From positions 1-53,449 of the forward strand of contig JAUCBJ010005628.1 in NCBI GenBank assembly GCA_032718475.1: 53,449 nucleotides of DNA, in the 5' to 3' direction. The notes beneath the pieces are model-generated. The model was not told the DNA's origin, ran no database searches, and was given only the letters and a program-made list of their open reading frames with translations. The stretch comes from Nemertoderma westbladi. Its lineage: Eukaryota; Animalia; Xenacoelomorpha. The translations under genes were made by a program, and so were the position numbers. This document shows, one piece after another, positions 20,777 to 31,439 of the stretch (the stretch's first letter is position 1; each line of letters opens with the position of its first letter).

Positions 20777-22663
20777 ATATTTGTTGTTTCTGGCCGCGAT
20801 CTCGACCAAAAGAATAGACGTTTCATCGATTCCATCATGGATATGATACACGACAATGGGAATGGCATGGTCTGCGGTGCCAGCCCTTGTACATGGCTAG
20901 ACAATCATCCCAAGAAGACACTAAATGATATGCCAATGTCTTGGCTGATCGAGAAATTGGGAATGTGTTTCCTAACCGAATCGGTGCGGGAAAAAGAATT
21001 TAAAGTAGATATAGGGAAATCGATCGACTACGCTCATCTTGGTAAAAACCTTGTTGATGTTTCAAAGAACATATCGGAGCTCGGAGTTGACAAAGCCGAA
21101 GTGATAGGCTATTTATTTCCTCGAATTCCAGACTATGTGAAAGTTTACTTACAAGATAAAATACAAAAATCCGCTAAGATCTGCGCCGAATTGTGTGTAA
21201 CATTGTCTCCATGCCAGGAATCCCCTATCGAGTCAGACAAAGATAAAATGGCGATGGCCGTTTATCTATCTTACTACCAATCATTGCCATTGTTAGACAG
21301 AAAGGCTTTGCCGGGAATTGATAAATTTCCAGGTTCATTCGCTTTCCCATTGGCAGAGAACTTGTTAGGGAACCTTGATGTATTAATTACTCGAAGAAGC
21401 GACCAAAAAGATATTCATCCCACAGGCGCTTATTTGCCTCCGAATAAAGAAATGAAAGTGACGATACTGCAACCAGAAAGTGTGGACGAATTGGATGGGT
21501 TTTCTGTAATAGTCGGAGCTCATGGGTGCGACTTATCCAACTTAGCATCATGGAAGAGATGGCCAGTCATTCAATCAATAACACCTATTGTTGGAAACAC
21601 CACAATTATTATATCACCATTCGGTGGATCTGTCTATATAGAAACCGGTGGTGCAGTAAGGCAAATCGAAGCGAAGTTAAGACTTACAGGAGTTCTAGAA
21701 TCTCCATATTATAACGTCAGCCTCAAAAATCCTGAGATTAAATGGAACAGCACCAAAAATAGCGGTCTTGGGTTGTGGTCGGATTTGTGTGGAAAGCACA
21801 TATTATTCACAGTACCGGCTTCTTTTGCATTGCAAATTAACAACCCTAAAATAATTGTGGACTTTTGGGATAATGTGGTGGAAGAGATCAATAAACTAGC
21901 AGATAATGATGTTATTACAATGCGGAAACAATGGGTGGTTGCTGATGTTCAGCTTTGCGTTGGATGGATGCACGCTGGATACCCTATAGCCACTCATCTT
22001 CCAATCACAGATCCGACTCATAGGTGTTATGCTTTCGATAAAGATAAGTTGCAGGAATTTGGCGCCTGGGGTTTATACCACGAACTGGGCCACAACATGC
22101 AAAACAAAGCGTGGACCTTTGCGAGTGTGCGCGAAGTAACATGCAACATATTTGCGCTTTATTTGATGGATGTCATCAATAAGGTACCACCGATGGAAAA
22201 TCCGCATCTTCGGAAAAAGGACAATGATGTGAGCAAATATCTGGAGGATATGTCCCTAAAATACAATGACATGGCTAAAGAATCCGCATTTTGTGGTCTT
22301 TATCTGTACGCGCAGCTCGCCCAATATTTTGGGTGGCAGTCCTATACAAAGGTATTCAAGGAGTATAAGTCGCAATACAATTCTTTTAGCGGAGGGCTGA
22401 AAACAGAGAAAACTAAACAAGACACCTGGGTCGTAAACTTTTCTAAGGCAGTGAAGCACAATCTTGTACCATTATTTGAATTTTGGGGCTGGGAAGTAGG
22501 TACGAAAGTTAATCAAAGTCTAATCAAACTTCCTTTATATATACCAAACGACGAGGTAATTGGAATGGGGAGTGAGCGTCTGGAGATGGTTATGGAGAAA
22601 TATCCGGGAACAACACGAACAATATCAGTTCCTGCACCAAAAAAAGTATTCTACAGAGTCTAG
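20777..22663 (+). CDS. TCAF/FAM115-like M60 (enhancin-like) zinc metallopeptidase, exon 2 (spliced product ~745 aa)
   Basis: TTTCAG| acceptor at 20776, in frame; motifs FPG, TGAYLPP, SPFGGSVY, ADVQLCVGWMHAGYP, WGLYHELGHNMQ...EVTCNIF (HEXXH...E), LVPLFEFWGW. Confidence 0.9.
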   Translation: MFVVSGRDLDQKNRRFIDSIMDMIHDNGNGMVCGASPCTWLDNHPKKTLNDMPMSWLIEKLGMCFLTESVREKEFKVDIGKSIDYAHLGKNLVDVSKNISELGVDKAEVIGYLFPRIPDYVKVYLQDKIQKSAKICAELCVTLSPCQESPIESDKDKMAMAVYLSYYQSLPLLDRKALPGIDKFPGSFAFPLAENLLGNLDVLITRRSDQKDIHPTGAYLPPNKEMKVTILQPESVDELDGFSVIVGAHGCDLSNLASWKRWPVIQSITPIVGNTTIIISPFGGSVYIETGGAVRQIEAKLRLTGVLESPYYNVSLKNPEIKWNSTKNSGLGLWSDLCGKHILFTVPASFALQINNPKIIVDFWDNVVEEINKLADNDVITMRKQWVVADVQLCVGWMHAGYPIATHLPITDPTHRCYAFDKDKLQEFGAWGLYHELGHNMQNKAWTFASVREVTCNIFALYLMDVINKVPPMENPHLRKKDNDVSKYLEDMSLKYNDMAKESAFCGLYLYAQLAQYFGWQSYTKVFKEYKSQYNSFSGGLKTEKTKQDTWVVNFSKAVKHNLVPLFEFWGWEVGTKVNQSLIKLPLYIPNDEVIGMGSERLEMVMEKYPGTTRTISVPAPKKVFYRV

Positions 22664-23002
22664 TTAGTGCTGTGTTGGCGGAGGACAATCCCTTACCAGT
22701 AACAATTGATTGTTATAAATATTAGTCAAATTGTTTGGGAATTTTTCATTATTAATATAGACTGGCATCGACATCCCATTAGTTCAACTGCTTGTGGAAA
22801 ATAGTTTCTTGAACTCAGGAACAAGACAGATTATTGCATAAAATACTGCACCTCTAGAACATCATAAAGTTGACTTAAAACAAAAAAAAGTTGATGTATG
22901 TGTGGCATAACTATTTCAGCGATATACACCCTAGTGTATTTATCTATGTATTGAGTAAGCGCAGTGAGGGAAGTTTACATAAATAGATAACATATAATAT
23001 TT

Positions 23003-23270
23003 GACGTAGTGGTTAAATCCTTTGCATTGAATTTAATCTCCCTGGAGGTCGTGTGTTCGATCCCAGTACGGGATCCAGGGATGTTTTCATTTCTGCACAA
23101 ATGCTTAAAAGGGTCTAGCTACTAGCCAGGGCGCATCTCTGACTTGCATCCTTAAGTGGTAGCTAAATGAGTACTGGAGTTTCCCCTGGGGAATAGTTCT
23201 GGGGGGGATCATATTGGAAATATGTCATAAGACTTTGTGCACAATCCCTGGCCTAACGAGCGGAAGAAAA
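23003..23270 (+). mobile_element. tRNA-derived SINE
   Basis: A-box GTAGTGGTTAA, B-box GTTCGATCCC, followed by a CATCCTT..GTGG..AAATGAGTAC body resembling conserved central domains of metazoan tRNA SINEs; second copy at 41598. Confidence 0.7.
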
Positions 23271-24779
23271 ATGTACTTTCTTTTAAATTACTTAATAAAA
23301 TGAACAAGGTTCATTCATAAAAGATATAATATTATATCAACGTATTGGTGTTCTGTTTGCTTAATTATTTATTTTAATATTATAATATCTATGAATGTTG
23401 ATGAATTTCATATCCATTTATGCAAAAACGTTAAGTAACATTTTCTTCAGCCATTTGACAATAATTAGGCAAATAGTTTTTAACAACTTATTTTCAGCGC
23501 GAATTCCTCAGATTTATTCTCCCTAAATGAAACTGGTACTCAGTGGGTTTTTAAGGTCACACGACCGTGATAACATATTCCTTACTGGGGTTTATGTGCT
23601 CTTTTCATCGGATTTAATTTAATTTCTGAAATCAGTTTTATTTTTTGGTGGAATCTAGTCATTATATGTCTGTCTGTCTGTCTTACAATTTGATGGACAG
23701 ACAGCGATGACTCGAGAACTAAAAGAGATCTCATAAGCCATTGTCAGTTTTCAAGTTTTCAATCCTCATTAAATTCTGCTCTTGAAGAAATAAAGGCGGA
23801 TGCTCGCTATTATAAAGTGGTATGTTAGAAGGATGAAATTATTGTATACCTGTAAGAATTTTTTTGTATTTTTAAACAGTGGGATGTAAGTGCCGTAGTT
23901 AAAGTTCTCATGTACTTTTGATCCCACGTGATAAATGGGATTAAAATACCACATGGATGAAAATGTCTGATCCCCAATAATCACACTGTCCAAAGAGCAA
24001 AGCGTTCTTCTGAATGAGACACCAGGATGCACCTTGTTTCCTGGGTTTTAGGGGCCCCAGGGTCTGATAGGATTTCAAAAGTAAAGCAAGGGAATAAAAT
24101 ATTAGGGATAAAATAAGAGGTTACCGTTACAATAAAATAAATATAATTCATGAAAATACTGGCAATGAAATAACAACAATAATTACAATCAAGGTTTTAT
24201 ATACACCCAATTGACCAATGATTCCTTACAAGTATGTTTAATTAAATACATAACATGAATGATATGGAAATAGGCGACTCAATCTCAAGTTTAATCCCTG
24301 GGTACACTTGCTTGGAATCAAAGTCATTCGAATCTGGAACATTCATCGAGTCTATATACCGGTAACTTCTCGAAAGAGACTGTATCTCCATCAGAATGCA
24401 GACGACAAAAATATGTAAATAATTTAAAAATCCAACTAGAAGATATCCGTTGCTCCACGTACCGATTCGACTGGTGCTGATGCATTGAATCCGGATAAGT
24501 ATTACAAACATTACCAAATATTAATGCGTAAGTGTTTACTAAAACATGGGCGATGTGTTTTAACACATACTTATATGATCACTAACACATACTTATATGT
24601 TCAATAACGGGTACTCATATGTTCGCTAATAGGTGCTCATTTGTTCACTTTAACACGTGTGCACGTGTTGAAATCATGTCCATTTAGGGTACTCGAACAA
24701 TTCGATCATTGTAGGGTAACAGAGCAAGCTAACTACTAAATGAGAGACCAGCAAGAAGAACAATTGGTAGGCAATGGTA

Positions 24780-26246
24780 TTAGGCTGTATCAGATTGATA
24801 TATTAATACAGAATATGATATTAGAAGACTAAATACTGTTAATAGAAATGATTTATCAACAACAAATATATCTAATATAGTGAATCCCCAATTATAGCTC
24901 CTTATAGTCTGAAACAGTAGTACCATCTGGTTGACCTCCTTGCAGTTGTTATGGTCAATTTTAAATCCTTGTACAGCAAGCAACATAGATTTGTTGAAAG
25001 AATGTTGATTTCCCAAAATCCACAATAACAAGCCAATAAGAAAAATTTTCTGTATTCCAAATCCAATGAATGATATCGGGTATGATATATTATTATTTTC
25101 CCTTTCACTTGTTCTTATCTTTATTCCCATATATATATAAAAACATAGGATAGGTATTTTCACAGCTAGTAAAATACCAGACCAAATGTTTATCAATTTG
25201 TCGCGTTTCTGCAAAAGATTATTAAGGTCATATATTCTGTCATTGATAAACGACAAGATACGTGCATTAATACGGCCCTTCTTGTTGACGTAACACTGAA
25301 TTTCGGTAAGATGAAAGGCAAAATCTTCATAACTATCCTGAACTAATAGCAATGCAAATACATAAAAAGCATAAATTACGATATAGATATATAAAGAGGC
25401 CAAAACCCTAGGCGTTATCCAAATGTACCATTGGTCGACATTAAATGGTTGGATAACTAATTCTAGAACACCAACGTAGGAATTTTCGAGGATTCCAATA
25501 GCAAACGCCAACATAGTGAGTGACCCTGTCAGGATAAAATAGCCCACCAATACTACTTCTAAATAATGTCTCTTATATTTTATTTTTGCTTTCACAGATT
25601 CATTAATTTCAACCGTCTGTAGCAATTCTAAATCATTATTGGCTTTCTTCTGTATTTTTGTTTTACTGACACCGCTCATATAAGATTGTAATTCAGCAAA
25701 GTATGAATTTCTGTAGTTTGTAATATACCACACAAGATATGTAAGCACACTCAAACCACTAATAATTGTTTGACTGAGACCTACCATAATCACACCACCC
25801 TCTTCATTGTATTTATAAACACATGACACCATGTACGAAAATAAGTTGAAACATATTAAAGTAAAAACTATTGCAGAATAAATCCAATTATCACAAATTA
25901 TCCAAACTATTTTGTTAAATGAAGAATCATATATTAGTTGTTTGTAAACATATTCTGGTAAATTCTTCCTCCATCGCAAACCTGCAACTAACATGAATAA
26001 CATACTTAGACGTGATCTTCTTCTTGTTTCTAATGTATCACTATCAACTTCTTCATCATCTATGTCATCCAGAGTACTCTCGTTAGAGGAGGGTTTGTTT
26101 TTGCCAACGGTTTCTACGACCACCTCACATTCTTTACTAGCACTACCATTTGCGTGATCGGCAATGTAAACGGTTTCTATGTTTGATTTAGATTCTCCAT
26201 CTTTATTTGAACAATCTATAATTATGTTCTGTGAATGTCTCTCCAT
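24780..26246 (-). CDS. Intronless gustatory-receptor-like (GRL / 7TM ion-channel superfamily) protein, copy 1, 488 aa
   Basis: About seven hydrophobic segments, long polar N-terminus, C-terminal GR-type signature WGFTILDIFVVDKSFLLTVFSLLISYSVLIYQ (matches GFT...F...K..LL.....[T/S]Y...L.Q). Confidence 0.85.
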   Translation of the reverse strand: MERHSQNIIIDCSNKDGESKSNIETVYIADHANGSASKECEVVVETVGKNKPSSNESTLDDIDDEEVDSDTLETRRRSRLSMLFMLVAGLRWRKNLPEYVYKQLIYDSSFNKIVWIICDNWIYSAIVFTLICFNLFSYMVSCVYKYNEEGGVIMVGLSQTIISGLSVLTYLVWYITNYRNSYFAELQSYMSGVSKTKIQKKANNDLELLQTVEINESVKAKIKYKRHYLEVVLVGYFILTGSLTMLAFAIGILENSYVGVLELVIQPFNVDQWYIWITPRVLASLYIYIVIYAFYVFALLLVQDSYEDFAFHLTEIQCYVNKKGRINARILSFINDRIYDLNNLLQKRDKLINIWSGILLAVKIPILCFYIYMGIKIRTSERENNNISYPISFIGFGIQKIFLIGLLLWILGNQHSFNKSMLLAVQGFKIDHNNCKEVNQMVLLFQTIRSYNWGFTILDIFVVDKSFLLTVFSLLISYSVLIYQSDTA

Positions 26247-26549
26247 GACAGTAATTTGCGGTAACTATAATAAAATATGATGTATGATTGAGTTTTATCT
26301 TATATAATATTTACTAAATGTAAACCAATAGATTAATAATAGTAAAATTATGCAATTCTGATTAAAAATATTAGTTTAAAACAGAGAGGACCATTATGTA
26401 AATCTTGCTGTTGGAATTCAAATGAGCCTGGAAATTTTTTTAATACATCAAGGAAGGGCCTTCTATAGGCCCTTGATGTACAACACAAGTTAATGAGTGG
26501 GGGCTAGCCAGTTATAGCCAGTTGTCTGTCTTTCTTTATGATAATTCTT

Positions 26550-26700
26550 CGACTATCCTTCTAAGTGGCAGAATAGGCCCCATGTTCCCACGACCTTTAC
26601 GGAACCCATTTTGATTCCCACGTAACAGTCTCTCAACAGGATCCCTGTTGCGATTTAATAGAATTATCTTGTATAGCTTTGCAGCAATCGAAATTATTAA
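26550..26700 (-). mobile_element. RTE-clade LINE RT fragment
   Basis: CCCACGACCTTTACGGAACCCATT...GCGATTTAATAGAAT...TTGTATAGCTTTGCAGCAATCGA nearly matches 32636-32741. Confidence 0.8.
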
Positions 26701-27319
26701 CGAGATTACACACAGTAAGTAACACGTTCGTGGGGCCTTCGCGCAGCACGAGGCCCAGTTATGATATACAAATTAAAACTGAGCGACTGTATCACAAAAT
26801 CAGTATTTGAGAAATTTACCCACACCACCACTCAATTAAAGAAAGGGGTACAGTACGTGTTCAGCCCTTTTAATCTGCACCCCCCCCCCCCACCCTTCCC
26901 ACCCGCCAATACATAACCGCGACATCTACCACCCATTGAAGGGTATTATAAGCCTCGTTGTGCTCGTCCTGTTTTGTATTTAAATATAATTCCTAAACGC
27001 AGATAGAAATGATTATATACAATATATTACTTAAATTGAATAATATAGATAGCCAAAGAAAGAAATTAATCATACGATTAAAATAAATTATTGCATAAGA
27101 AGGGTTGTTGCGCGACAAAATTGTTGAGCAATTTAAAGCAATATAACAACTGAATAAGGGGTAACAAGGTGCCCTGAATCGAGTAACGGGATGTGTTTTT
27201 TGTGTAAACACGAGGAAACGGTCGAAATTGGGGGTTTAAGTAAGCATGGGAAGCCAATTTTGAAAACTGGCTGTAATTGGACCGTGTCGTGTCGTGCCGT
27301 GACCGTGTCGGCGCGTATA

Positions 27320-27765
27320 GTGCAGCTGGGGCAGCTGGGGAGCGTGTGTCCACGGATAATGCAGCTGGGGACCACGTGGCTGCGGATAATGCAGCTTGGG
27401 ACCATGTACCTACGAATAATGCAGCTGGGGGCCGTGTGGCTGCGGATAATGCAGCTTGGGACCGTGTGGCTGCGGATAAAGCAGCTGGGGAGCGTGTGTC
27501 TATGGATAATGCAGCTGGGAACCACGTGGCTGCGGATAATGCAGCTTGGGACCATGTACCTGCGAATAATGCAGCTGGGGGCCGTGTGGCTGCGGATAAT
27601 GCAGCTTGGGACCATGTACCTGCGAATAATGTAGCTGGGGGCCGTGTGGCTGCGGATAATGCAGCTGGGGACCGAGTGGCTGCGGATAAAGCAGCTGGGG
27701 ACCGTGTGGCAGCGGAAAACGACGCCGGGGGCCATGATAACACTGGTGACGCAGCTGGGGTCTGT
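27320..27765. repeat. 30-bp GC-rich tandem repeat, ~14 copies (GCAGCTGGGGGCCGTGTGGCTGCGGATAAT)
   Basis: 30-bp period; variant monomers recur; gives overlapping open frames on both strands. Confidence 0.95.
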
Positions 27766-27839
27766 ATAGGCGCGCGCTGGCAGTTTCGTAGTCAATAAAT
27801 TGTCAATCAACTCCAACTTCGATTTAAAACTCTGTTTGA

Positions 27840-28330
27840 GTAATTTCTACGTTGTTTAGCCGTGTTTCAAGAACAGTCCGCATGGCATTCATGCGACGGT
27901 TTGTGCTTCGCTTTCATCAACCAGATGGTAGAGTTGCGAAGCTAACTGTCTTTCAAGTTTGCTGTTTTCAAATTGTAGACGAGTATTGTCAGCTTCCAGA
28001 CTTTCAATCTTTACTGCCGCGCACACCCCGCAGAGGAAGTTTTGGTTTGAGAGATCAAACCCATCGGCAATTGGTGTTTCAATTTCGGTCCAGGAACTCT
28101 GACAATGGGAGCTTTCAATCTTAGCTATGGTCCATTCCCGTGGTTTTGGCTTCCTTTTCTTCGTCCCAAATGACAGATTCTTCTGAAGACGTTCGATTCG
28201 CTTTCAGTTTATTGTTGGCGTTTGTGTTTTGAAGTTGTATTCGAGTGGACAGTCGCGCCGGTTTCGAGGTAACCATACCGACCTGTGATAAGCGTTGGTT
28301 TTGTTGAGTGTCGGTATTCATCTTCTCTCA
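27840..28330 (-). mobile_element. Possible decayed LINE ORF1 N-terminus (Zn-finger + coiled coil)
   Basis: Minus frame reads ...SHCQSSWTEIETPIADGFDLSNQNFLCGVCAAVKIESLEADNTRLQFENSKLERQL, a CxxC followed by a heptad pattern as in CR1/L2 ORF1; frameshifted. Confidence 0.35.
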
Positions 28331-29154
28331 CCTCTCCAATGTCAGATGTTGCAAATACGAATAATGGTATATATTTCAATACTTGTCAATAGTAATATAG
28401 ATAATTTAGATAACTATTTTATATCTGTACTGTTGAGCAAACTCTACATAAATTCCAACCTGTGTATCGCCGGTAGTGCTGTTGCCGTGCAAGTGCTGAA
28501 GTGCTAGTTGCCACCGGTCAGCCGGTACCGGTAGTAGGGTGGTACCATGGCCTACTACACACAGGCCATGACAAGGACTTTGCTGTGAAATTAGCGTAGG
28601 CTGACTGATGAATTATCAAATATTATATTTTCCATGAATGCAGGGTCCATATTTAAAAGAAGATGACTAGATTTTCGTAAAGAATTTAATTGAAACAGTA
28701 TTTAATAATAAATAAATTAATTATCGCTCGAGTTCCTGCAGCTTTTATTTGTGGCAGGAATGTTTGAATGCTAATAAGTCGGTCAATCATGGATGAAATG
28801 GAACCAAACTTGGTACACTTGTAGTCTTTAAAAAAATTTAGAAATTCTACACACAGACAGACTTCTACAATTCCCCGGTCTGCCGCTAGGGGGAGAATTA
28901 ACAGAAACGTAAAAATAGCTGTAATTATAGAACCAACGATCAGATTCATCTGAAATTTAGTAGTAGTTACCTAAGAGCATTGCTTAATTAGAAATTCTAC
29001 AGAGACTTTTACAGTTCCTGTCTGCCGCTAGTGGGGAATTGTTAGAGCTCCAGTTCAACGTGCTTAGCACGGTTTAATAAACAATCAATTAATTATTTTA
29101 TTCAATACAGTAATTATAACAGTAAAATGCAATGTATTCTATTTTTTAGTGAAA

Positions 29155-29408
29155 TCAAGAGATAGGAGGGGGGTGGGACTGGACGCAAATCCCATCTTGG
29201 CGAATTAATATCCCGCCTCAATATTAATTTCTAAATTTTGGGAAAGGAGCAGGTTACAGTGGCACGTTATTTTAACCAAAACAATAAAGTAAAACGTATA
29301 AGGTTACAGTTTTATTTTTGAGAGTAATCAGCTGTTGTTATTTGCGTCCAATTTCCCCTGGAGAGGGATGAATTTTTATTGCGTCCAGTCCCCCCCCCCT
29401 ATCTTGAA
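29155..29408. mobile_element. Nested MITE
   Basis: AGATAGG(A)GGGGG(T)GGGACTGGACGCAA ... TTGCGTCCAGTCCCCCCCCCCTATCT inverted termini; related copy at 39233-39380. Confidence 0.7.
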
Positions 29409-29529
29409 ATCAAATACCAAAAATATATTTATTATATGAACAATCTATTTGGAAATTGTAAGTTCGGCCTATCTCTTTACCATAAGCTCAGTATCTTTAA
29501 CTGGTGTGTTTTTATTATTTTACCAATTA

Positions 29530-30147
29530 TTTAATATGTTTGATAGAATTGAACAACACCGCCCAACACAACCAACTCTCTATCTGCCTCGAGCATCGAG
29601 AATACGAGAAACTCGATCGAAATACCTGCTTATCCCAGTAGTATCCGTCCGTAGTCACCGGACCGCTGCGGTTTACTCCCGTAGAACAGTAGAATTCCCG
29701 CAGCTTCCGACCCAATTCGACAACGAATTCGCTTCACACTTTCGCGTCACAGAGAACGTAATCCAGTGCGATAACGTCTGCCCAACGTTCAACCATTTCC
29801 CCCAGGCGATCCCAGGATCCGGGCCGCCGCTAAACCCAGATCGCAATCCTCGTCGATTCGTCCAGTCGTCGACGTAAGTCAGTAAGTGGGACTCTTCCCA
29901 CCGCACTCCAAGGTGGGTGACCGGAGTGAGGCATGAGGAACTTGGCAGTGGCCCGCATTACGATCTGACCGACCGCCGTATTCCCAGTGTCTGAGTGTAG
30001 TAAATACCCAAATAGAATCGTACTGACAAACAAGCAATTCCGTAGTATTCCTCCGTTAATCACCTCTTGAAGCAACTCGGCTGCTCAGGTCCAGATACAT
30101 CGGACTGTCGGGAGCGTTTCAGACAGTAATGGTGAATGGAGCGGCAT
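29530..30147 (-). pseudogene. GC-rich decayed ORF (~200 codons, 3 stops) carried inside the TIR element
   Basis: One minus frame reads MPLHSPLL...CIWT*AAELLQEV...RIAIWV*RRPGSWDRLGEMVERWADVIALDYVLCDAKV*SEFVVELGRKLREFYC...; composition contrasts with the AT-rich flanks. Confidence 0.4.
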
Positions 30148-31439
30148 TTGCGAATATTTCCAATGGTTTTATAATAAATAAGGGGATTCAACAGTTCAAT
30201 GCTAAAACAAATGGATTATTCCTAACCCCACCCCAATACAGCAATATACCTAACAGTATATAGCTTAGGTACCACAGTCTGACAGTACCATAATCAGCAC
30301 AGTGAGCCTACGCTAATTTCACAGCAAAGTCCTTGTCATGGCCTGTGTGTAGTAGGCCATGGGTGGTACCTACGGTGCACAGTACAACGGCAGTACAGCA
30401 ATACGGTGTACCGTGCCAATGACTGAATGATTAGCGGTAACTACTGAACTATCTAAACTATTATATTATTATTACCGGTACTAGGCTAATTAGGCCTAAA
30501 CTATAATCACCGCAAGGGTTTCCGGGGCCATGTTTAATTAGATTACATGATATGGCATGTCTGCAGTGTATGGTACCGGCTGACCTGTATTGCAGTATTG
30601 ACTGATTGCAGAATTCTCGATTCAGGAATTGAGTACAGCCTGACAGTACCGGTACAAATGGTACATGCAGATTGGCAGACAGCCCCTATGTTTTGCAAAA
30701 TTTGTCAGAAAACCAGCTGATTTATCCTACAGTAATAATAATTTAACGCATGTTAATTTTGGATAAATAAATATATTATAACTACAATAACAGTTACACT
30801 GATGCTGCACGAAGGCCCCACGCAAATTCTACTTGGAAAATTTTCAAACTTTTGCCAAACAACATGTGTACCAAGTTTGGATAGATTTCATCAAGGATTG
30901 GCCGAGTTATTAACGTTTAAAATAAAATACTGAAAAAAACGCGACAGAACGACAGAACGACAGGTTGATTAATGGTACCCCTACGCTAAGGCTCACTCAC
31001 TTCGTGGCTCGCCCCACACAGGTGCACGTATTAGCAAACACTTATTATCTAACACGTTTTACTATTTAATTTTTATATTCGCACAGAATAGATTCTGAAT
31101 AGAAGAACAACTACGTTTATGTTATGATGCAAATCGTTATCACTAAAAATTCATTAATATTGTGAAAAATAAATTGCTCCACGAAGATGAAGCGACTAAT
31201 GCCAAATTCTAATATTATGTTCTTTAATAGTTTTCTTTCCCTTATGAATGGCATAGATATGATTCTATCACAACCTGTTAGTTATAATCTACTGTGATGC
31301 GGGGATGTCAATTGTCGGATTTTTTACGGACGTCTGATCATGTTCATGCGATTTTGCACTATATAATTGGGAATGCACTAAATATACTTCATACCGTATA
31401 ACGGCTCTACTAGGATCGGCATGCTGCATTGCAGCTGCA

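Larger units (their letters stand above)
21239..26507. repeat. Segmental duplication unit, copy 1 (TCAF 3' part + SINE + spacer + receptor gene)
   Basis: Colinear high identity to 39967-49691 apart from the 4.6-kb insertion in copy 2. Confidence 0.92.
28546..30361. mobile_element. Non-autonomous DNA transposon with ~62-bp TIRs and 8-bp TSD (P-element- or hAT-like)
   Basis: TIR CATGGCCTACTACACACAGGCCATGACAAGGACTTTGCTGTGAAATTAGCGTAGGCT(G/C)ACTG at 28546 and its reverse complement ending at 30361; direct repeat GGTGGTAC at 28538-28545 and 30362-30369. Confidence 0.88.

Noticed and set aside
23003-23075. Genuine tRNA gene (also at 41598)
   Set aside because: A/B boxes are present but there is no proper acceptor or anticodon stem, and a SINE body follows.
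27078-27816. Four overlapping 147-227 aa ORFs as genes
   Set aside because: By-product of a stop-poor 30-bp repeat.
29673-29906. YVDD in a 77-aa ORF as an RT active site
   Set aside because: No other RT motifs around it, and a different frame is the more continuous one.
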